Assembly: GCA_038087875.1 (NCBI GenBank)
Contig: CM075988.1
Span: 20,090,001-20,154,000, forward strand
DNA: 64,000 bases
From: Malacoraja senta
Taxonomy: Eukaryota
Direction: 5' to 3'
This document shows, piece by piece, positions 57,101 to 64,000 of the stretch. The position numbers and the translations under genes are program-made. The notes beneath the pieces were generated by a model. It worked only from the letters and a program-made list of their open reading frames with translations. It had not been told where the DNA came from and searched no databases. Numbering within the stretch: position 1 is the stretch's first letter; each line of letters begins with the position of its first letter.

Positions 57101-60100
57101 ATCAGTTGAATCATGTTTTTAATATTTACTGACCAATAATAATACATAAAATTAGGTAGTGCTAAACCCCCCAATACTTTAGGTTTATTCAGATGAGTTT
57201 TTTGTATTCTATGTGATTTATAGTCCCATATAAAATTAGTGATATCTGAGTCGAGTTTTTTAAAAAACTTCTTAGGTAAGTATATAGGAATTGACTATTT
57301 GTATGCAATATACCTTATTAACTCTTTGTTAACATGGAGAACTTGATGGTTCTTAGCATGATGGTTATATGCTGTAGCCAGATTAGCATTTGAGTTGGGG
57401 GAAAAGATCAAGGGAGTGTGGAGCTGACTCTGTTTAGTTGGGATTTGAGAAGTTGATTCCCTGATGGAACAGTATAAATAGTTAAAAAGTAGGTAAAACA
57501 ACAACGTTAAAATACAGTAAAACCAATCATAAACATGTCCGGGGCAGTTGATTTGAGTGGCCAGTGCCAGTTATTGAAGTGGCCAGTGCCAGTTATTAAA
57601 GTGTCCGTGCCAAGCCGCAGAATCAGGTGACTGTGAGTACAGAGTGGCTGTTTAGCAGCCTCACAGCATATGGCAGGAAGCTGTTTAGCAGTCTTGTAGT
57701 CCGGGCTTTGATGCTGCGATATCTCTTGCCTGATGGCAGGAGATCCAGGTGTCTGTGGAGGGGGTGCAGTTTGTCGTTAGCAATTCTCTGAGCTTTTTTC
57801 AGACAGCGGCTCCTGAGAGAGTTCAGTATATACATGATCTGGTACATTAAAACCATAAATTTTATAACAAAACTTTCTCTCACTGGTCATCAAGGTCTCA
57901 GCTTTAAGACATTCGCCAAACAAAAGGTTAAAAAATAATAGGTCCATCCATTGACTTCTGTCCATTGTTGGGATTGAGAAACTACACTTTGGTGTTGCCG
58001 TTTAACCATGGTAAGATGCAAATGGCAGATGGCTGCATCCTTTGCATCTTGTTCGATGCGAATCAGCAGGAAATTGGCTGATTCCCACCAAACAGGTCGG
58101 TTCAGTCATTCAGTCAGGCCAGGAGAAGTAGAGCTTGGGAAAGGGGATTGAGTACGCCAACAGCAAGCCAGAGTTCTTCCATTGTAGGTAACTGGAGCAC
58201 CGCAGCTGGTTTTGAGAATAAAACATTTTCTCTTGCTATTTGAGTGGCCTTCAGTGGTCGCTTTAAGACGCAGCTTAAGCTGCAGCATCTGATACTGATG
58301 GGCTACATTACACTGTTTAAATTTTTTGTGTTTTTGTCTTTATTAACTTGAGATTCGGGGGGGGGGGGGGGAAAGCTCTTCAGGACCCTTAATTGGAATG
58401 ACCTTGATCAACAAATCGTTTTTTTGAGAATCTTGCTTCATTAAAATTGTTAAAAATTTCAACATTTTCAGCACAAATTTCTAAGTTTAAAGTGAAGCAA
58501 GATCAAAGAAGAGTGATGTTGATTTGATCTTTAATATGGTGGCTCCAAGAACAAGGGCAAAGCCTGATAACTTTTGAGCATTTTTTTCTTTTTAATATAG
58601 ATGCCCCAAACAAAAAGCCTGATCAGAGTGAATTGAAGGTAAAGTGAATATCTTGTTCTAATTTAATTGTAAGAATATTGCATTGAAGCTGTATTTTTCT
58701 CCCCTTTTCCTTCAACTATTTCAGAGTAGAAGTTTAAATAGCTGCAGAAATTATAAACAACACTCTAACAATGTTTAATGTTTTGGGAGTATTATGCATC
58801 CTGTGTAAAATGTATTTGTTAGCATAAAGCTTAAATTAGCAACAGTGCATATCTCCTTTCCATCCCATGTAGTGGCATCTCACTTGCTAATAAGAGCCAC
58901 AGTTCACTGCCAGATAGTTTTAAATTCTGGAAAAAAAAAGATCAGTGTAGTGCTAACCTCAAAATTCATTAGTTGAGATGTAGTGAAAGTATAGATGTTG
59001 GCTGCAGTTGAGGGTAAAGTAAGTACTGTGGAAACAGCATTATAATGAAGATGTGGTTAATGTGTGAAAGCAGATTGTATCAGCTGATTGAAGTGCAATT
59101 ATAAAACACGGAGGGAAGGTGAGTGTTATTTCTCTCCCTTGCAGAATGTTGGTCCTTCCACAAGCATCAGAGAAAGGGCTGTTCATAATTAGAAAAGCCA
59201 ATGTTATATTTGAGGTTCTAATTTTTAAGCATTAGATTGGTAATTTAAAGCACTGAATATAAAATTGTTATAAATATGTAAGGCTTCTGTTCTGACTCCA
59301 CATTCTAAAAATGGAAATAACACTTGCAATTATTCACACTTTTACTCTACAACTGGGGTTCTTGCTGGCATAATTTTCAATGACAGTACATGTTCTTAGA
59401 TGAAGTCTGTCAATGTCTTGTTCAATCATTAATATTCTTTAGTAAAACACACAGTGCTGAAGTAACTCAGTGGGTCAGATTGCATCTCTGGAGGAAATTG
59501 GCAGGTGACGTTTTGGGTCTTGACCCTTTTCTACTAATATTCTTTATCCAGTTGTCTTCTGAATATACTTTGTTTTTGTGAATTTCAAACAGGATGAAAC
59601 ACTTGGAGCCAGAAAGAAGGAAGTCAAAAACAAGGTAATTTAAGTTTTCTTTAATGTTAGACTAATCAGATCCTTCAATCTAAACATTAATTTAATTATA
59701 AAATATATTGATCAATATCCTCATAGTATAATTATTGTTCAGTTGAATTGTGAATAACTGCACAAACAACCATATTGATATATCAATACATCTGGTTCAT
59801 TCATATCCATCAAGGAAGGCTGTCTGTCATTTTTATGTGGCCTTGCCAATTGTGTGACCGCAGACTATCAAGGTTTTCTCTCGTGCCTTCTGAGTTGGCC
59901 ATAGAAGCCACTTAGCTGTAACCACCACAAACAAGAACAAAACTGGCCAGAATATCTGCACCAAACCCGGACACAACAGTCACTCCACATCCACTCAATC
60001 GTGCAAAGTCCATAGAAACATCTGGTGCCCAAATCGGAAGACCTCTACCTCAGAACCATCGAGGAGCAATCTAGCATTACCATTGTCACAAAATCATAAC

Positions 60101-63024
60101 CTGTAGGCAGTGTGTCTTCAGAGTCCATCTCCAAGAATGGATTGTTGGTCCTTGGCTGCCTTTTTGAGACAAGACTCCTGTAGATCCCTTCAATTGTGGG
60201 GAAGTCAGTACCCGTGATGGATTGGGCAGTGTTATCACTTTTTGTAATTTCCTTCATTCATAGGCGTTTGACTACCCTTCCATCATAAGATCACGTGAAG
60301 ATGTTCAATTCCTTTCACAATCCTCAAATGAAATAGTTTAAAACTGCATGCAACAAGATCTTGACAACATTTGGAAATTGGGCATTAGGTGGCAAGTAAC
60401 ATTCACGCCACAGACGTGCTAGACGGTGACCATTACTAATTGAGTCTCAACACCTATCCTTGGCATTGTGAAAATGGTAGAAATTATTAGTGGCTGACTC
60501 GCCAACAGTCTGTCTCATCCTTTTCCTGCTTTGTTGTTTTATAGTACGTGTTAAATGTATGTTTTAGTGTTCTTTAGCTTGTTTTATGTGGGGGGTGGGA
60601 GGGGTTAGGGGAAACTTTTAAATCTCTTACCTCGATGGAGACGTGACTTTTCCCGTATCGTATCTCCTTACGCACTGCGGCCTAACATCGTGCAGTTGGC
60701 GGCCTCTTGCTGGGGACTGACTTTGGGAGCTCCAACAGCGGGAGCCTGCGGACTTAACATCGTGGAGCTGGCGATCCCTGTCGGGGATCGACCACAGAAG
60801 CTCCAACTGCGGGAGCCTGCGGTCTTTAACATCGTGGAGCTCATGGCCCCTTGGTTAGGAACCGATTTCGGGAGCTCCAAGCTGCGTGAGCTTTGACCAC
60901 CCCGACCGAGGATGATTCGACTGCCCCGACCGCGGGAGAATAAATAGGGAAGAAGATTAGACTTTATTGCCTTCCATCACAGTGAGGGATGTGGAATCCG
61001 CTGTGGTGGATATTTATGTTAACTTTTATGTAGTTGTGTGTCTTGTTGCTTTTTTTAGCATTCATATAGCTTAATTGGTACACGAGACAATAAAATAACT
61101 TTGAACCTTTGATTATTAAAGACAGGTGCTGTTATCTCAAATATTTGGAATAAAGCTGCAAAGAGTAATATAGCATAGAACCGGACCTGGCTTCTGACCA
61201 ATTTAAACTGCATCTGCCTACACTTGGTCTAAATCCCTCCATTACCTGTCTCTTCATGTGCCTGTATATATTCCCCTTGGACATTGCTATATATATTGTA
61301 TTAGATTTTAAAATATGTTGATCAGAGGGTCAAAAAACAAGGATCTTTGCTGATGATTGTCATTCCTATTTAGCTCCTGTGTGATTGTTTGCAGCTTTAC
61401 TATGTTGTGCCAAAACGAAATCAAAAATGAGTGCTGAAAACATCTCATTTTCTTTACAGTTGCTCACTGAGTGATTTATTTTTGTCTGAAGGGCAAAAAG
61501 ATGAGTTTGATGTTTCCTTCTTGAAAACAATGACTGAATCTGCTGTTTTTGGCCTTGTGTCATTTGGTTTGTTTTCACTGTTTCCCCAGGCATTGCATTT
61601 CAGGCACCTTCTGCTGTCTGTGTAAAAATAATAATTGTCTTGCAAATCTTTCTTCAGAAAAGCTCTTCAGTATCTTAATTATAGCATGATATAATCTGTT
61701 AATTAAAACATTCTAAATTTTATTTGTCTTTTCCCCACTTTCAGAAAAATGTAGGTCCTCCAAATGAGTGGATAAAAAATGATAAAAGCGGGTAAGAATT
61801 TAAAGTTTGTTAATGATGAATGCTGAACTGAGATGAATCTAACTTGCTGCCTATTTCTCCTGCCCACTTACACGTACCTGGTATGGTTGATTGCAGCTTG
61901 TGCTTAGCTGGTGTCCCTGCAACTGACCAGAAGCACATCGTGCATTTGTGAGTTTAAATGGGACTGCTGGCCATCCCTTGCTGCCCTGTTAAACTCTTAT
62001 TGCAGATAGTTCTGCTGGAATGTGTTTCCTTACCAGGAATTGGATGTAACACAATAGATGAATTATGCCTGTTATAATGCAGCTTTGATTGGGAACTGGA
62101 GAACTACGTGAAAGCTATAAATTGACAAACGGGAAAGAAAAAGCTGTCCTGAAGTAAAAGTGGAAAGGGGGAAATAAATTCCTGGTAACTGTCCAGTAGC
62201 AATCTGGCAGAACAAGAAATGGTCATAGAAATTGACAAGCATTAGTTTCTAATGACACGTGCAATGATGCCCTATTACATAATGTAACATGCAGCCTTTA
62301 GGAGTTTTAGCTTGAAGTAACAAAAAAAAACATTAGCTACCACAAATACTGTTATTTTTTGAAAGTTTTGCAGGGAAAGAGCCCAATTTTCCCCATTGAC
62401 ACAATACCATTCTGTTAGAAACGCAACAATGGCATTAGAGAAGAAAATATTGCCACATGTTACTTTCAACTCTCATTCTTTTAATTATATGGTTAGGTTG
62501 TATATGTATTCCAAAGTCAATTCACAAATGTGAGAATAGTATAGTTGAAATTGGCAATTTCAAGACGGCAGGCAGTTTCTAGATTCAAGAGTGAGCTTTT
62601 ATTTGGTATCCAGCATCATTCTACATGTAATCTAGAATAAACTATGGTAATATTTAATGGGAACTGACTGCGGAGGTAACAGCAGTTGTTATTTTCAATA
62701 GTAATACTTGTCTGAAATATATTTGTCTGAAATGGATATATTTTAATTTGTTGGTTGAAGGGTGAGTTCTCAATTCTTTGTTAGGTTATCTGCACTTTGG
62801 ATTATTCATTGAAGTTATGGTTTTCAACAGTCAGAGATAAACTACAATAAAATATATTTTTCAGGTATTTGGAGGAGGCACCAGCGAAAGTGCATGAAAA
62901 CAGTTACCTGGATTCTAAGATGACAGAATATTGTCAATGGCTAACAAAAGAGGAAAAGATTGAAGACTTGGATGCCAACACGTATGTCGATGATGTTCTT
63001 CAGGATAAACTCTCCTCAACTAAT
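24143..63024 (+). CDS. TTC3-family (TPR-containing E3 ubiquitin ligase-like) protein, 3'-partial. Exons: 24143-24223, 25551-25602, 27141-27303, 27728-27815, 27906-27959, 29040-29163, 30484-30563, 31891-31985, 32944-33006, 33563-33617, 33881-34046, 35392-35422, 36527-36707, 40822-41195, 41699-41810, 44876-44995, 46552-46632, 47335-47456, 49023-49149, 51901-52026, 52591-52692, 53112-53198, 53882-53949, 55426-55514, 58601-58638, 59593-59634, 61745-61791, 62865-63024
   Basis: 28 GT-AG exons with consistent phases give 976 stop-free codons. Segments KRYCHIVKVQLLSPILF, FDLKTLKIIELLE, LLYEKRSYCYLQL, GHYLFAGAQ..RALKAN, PGLQTWPGTDTVIEET and ECLCPPRPDAVCLYRSC..IYRSDPDFKGFVRVHCSYDCRIEYHLYCWK..DKIEKDILGLDCLTPDCMG are colinear with human TTC3 as I recall it. 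The C-terminal RING is not in the window. The small low-complexity exons are less certain, and orthology is unresolved. Confidence 0.85.
25830..26840 (-). mobile_element. CR1-type LINE 3' fragment
   Basis: ORF 25863-26414(-) [16 protein letters not shown]...ERRRMRGDLVEVYKI; the upstream part encodes an FADDTK-type RT motif (gtttgctgatgatacaaaa on the minus strand). Confidence 0.88.
28431..28730 (+). mobile_element. tRNA-derived SINE (HE1-like)
   Basis: tRNA-like head (tggcgcagctgtagag, gggttcgatcc), conserved core, CR1-like 3' end gggccgaaggacctgtttcc and (ctaaa)n tail. Confidence 0.82.
31366..31675 (+). mobile_element. tRNA-derived SINE (HE1-like)
   Basis: Same head, core and tail as 28431-28730. 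Confidence 0.78.
34266..35192 (+). mobile_element. Nested Penelope-like element 3' fragments with GIY-YIG remnant and two terminal repeats
   Basis: Reads LYIGKTKQRLGDCFVEHLRS; intact hammerhead-type core at 34609-34640; second degenerate terminal repeat at about 35100-35190. Confidence 0.75.
35549..36500 (+). mobile_element. HE1-like SINE interrupted by a young CR1 3' fragment (35794-36437) with 9-bp TSD atagaacgt
   Basis: SINE head at 35549; CR1 ORF 35728-36342; atagaacgt at 35785-35793 and 36438-36446; the SINE tail resumes after 36446. Confidence 0.88.
37512..37800 (+). mobile_element. tRNA-derived SINE (HE1-like), degenerate
   Basis: ggtagagctgctgcctctcagc..ggttcgatcc head and gtaggttaattggc core. 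Confidence 0.72.
38532..39568. mobile_element. Non-autonomous TIR DNA transposon (about 1037 bp), copy B, 7-bp TSD cttaatc
   Basis: Ends TAGCAATGTTACAAAA...TTTTGTAACATACCTA; cttaatc at 38525-38531 and 39569-39575. Confidence 0.88.
48840..48971. repeat. 42-bp inverted repeat (one mismatch) with 48-nt spacer
   Basis: Arms at 48840-48881 and 48930-48971. Confidence 0.9.
50340..50642. repeat. Nested fold-back of Penelope-type terminal repeats
   Basis: Perfect 40-bp inverted repeat 50468-50507/50535-50574 inside a second imperfect inverted pair; 18-bp direct repeat at 50409-50426 and 50576-50593. Confidence 0.75.
51437..51760 (+). mobile_element. tRNA-derived SINE (HE1-like)
   Basis: Same head, core and tail as the other copies. 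Confidence 0.75.
55555..57297 (-). mobile_element. LINE-1-clade element, 5'-truncated (ORF2 C-terminal region, 3' UTR, A-rich tail)
   Basis: ORF 55996-57174(-) begins GGLALPNFMYYYWS, contains the CCHC-like CDKCQSQEATIAHSFVFC, and stays open upstream to about 57297 (SIPIYLPKKFFKKLDSDITNFIW). The poly-A-like tail appears as the T-rich tract at 55555-55605. Confidence 0.88.
57625..57830 (-). mobile_element. Rex1/Babar-type LINE 3' fragment
   Basis: RCLKKAQRIANDKLHPLHRHLDLLPSGKRYRSIKARTTRLLNSFLPYAVRLLN matches the typical Rex1/Babar ORF end. Confidence 0.75.
60490..61112 (+). repeat. Unclassified interspersed repeat with internal aacatcgtg(g/c)ag(c/t)t tandem units; 3' part shared with 54505-54670
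   Basis: tgccttccatcacagtgagg...ctgtg.tggat.tt occurs at both places; the element ends in aataaa plus a short tandem tail. Confidence 0.55.
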
Positions 63025-63726
63025 GTGAGTTCAAGTTACAATAGAAAGATTAAATGCAAACCTAAACAAAGTGGAATATGTCAGAAAAACTAGGAACATC
63101 TTGTGTTGTTTGCTGAGCCTGATGCATCACAGGCCGCCATAACCTCACTGCATTCTCCATTGGCAAAATATGCAAGGAATAATTTAAATGGATTGGCACA
63201 AAATAGTTCATCACCCAATTCCTCAGTAACAAAAATATATTGAAGTCCAATTAATTTTCAGATATGAAAGGAAGCAAGATGGCTCTGATCCAAATGTGAA
63301 AGTCAGCAGAGCTGTACAATGAGCAGTGCTGACAATGAGGAAATTAATTATGTCCCATATAATTCACTTGCTGTTATTTTTTTTAGTTAATTTGTTACGT
63401 TGGTCATTTACCCCTCAAGCAGGTTCCCCATTCACTGTGGTAGTTTTGTGATCTAACTCCTTGCAACTCTTTTTTTTCTCTTCCATGTCCCTTAATATAT
63501 TGTTTAATAATTCACCCATGTCAGCTGCAACATAAACAATGAACCCAGCATCATTATTTATTTGGAGAAGAAAGCTTCAAATATTGACCACACCTGTATG
63601 TTTAGGCCTGATGTGACTCTAAGATTCTACTACTTGGTCCTCTCCAGCTATAAGTAATGTTACAGTTACCTGTCTTTGTGTCAAATTGTGAATTGTGAAG
63701 TATTATAATAGTGATCTTGTTGGATA

Positions 63727-64000
63727 CTATATATATTGTATTAGATTTTAAAATATGTTGATCAGAGGGTCAAAAAACAAGGATCTTTGCTGATGATTGT
63801 CATTCCTATTTAGCTCCTGTGTGATTGTTTGCAGCTTTACTATGTTGTGCCAAAACGAAATCAAAAATGAGTGCTGAAAACATCTCATTTTCTTTACAGC
63901 TGCTCACTGAGTGATTTATTTTTGTCTGAAGGGCAAAAAGATGAGTTTGATGTTTCCTTCTTGAAAACAATGACTGAATCTGCTGTTTTTGGCCTTGTGT
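63727..64000 (+). repeat. Direct duplicate of 61287-61560 (offset 2440 bp), running off the window end
   Basis: 274 bp identical except T61460/C63900. Confidence 0.95.

Noticed and set aside
61350..61440. TGATGA...CTGA suggesting a C/D snoRNA within the duplicated block
   Set aside because: Non-canonical C box (CTGATGA), no terminal stem and no recognisable rRNA antisense element.

Overview
Vertebrate genomic DNA, probably a cartilaginous fish (skate/ray-like, inferred from the HE1-like SINE, CR1 and Penelope-like repeat content). Three intron-containing genes lie on the + strand. (1) The 3' end (exons 7-9) of an hsc70/HSPA8 gene, 1-2785. (2) A complete second tandem hsc70/HSPA8 gene with a CCAAT/CRE/HSE promoter at about 9.9-10.1 kb and CDS 12071-15607. 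It carries a single +1 frameshift in exon 5 and hosts two U14 (SNORD14) snoRNAs in introns 7 and 8. (3) A divergent TTC3-family gene (TPR plus Cys/His-rich region) with a CpG-island promoter at about 20.9 kb and 28 phase-consistent coding exons (24143-63024, about 976 codons), running off the window. Introns and intergenic DNA hold CR1, L1 and Rex1-type LINE fragments, tRNA-derived SINEs, Penelope-like GIY-YIG fragments ending in minimal hammerhead-ribozyme motifs, and two copies of a ~1 kb TIR element with 7-bp target-site duplications. The last 274 bp repeat 61287-61560 at an offset of 2440 bp, suggesting a recent tandem duplication of an in-frame two-exon cassette. Human comparisons are from memory; no searches were run.
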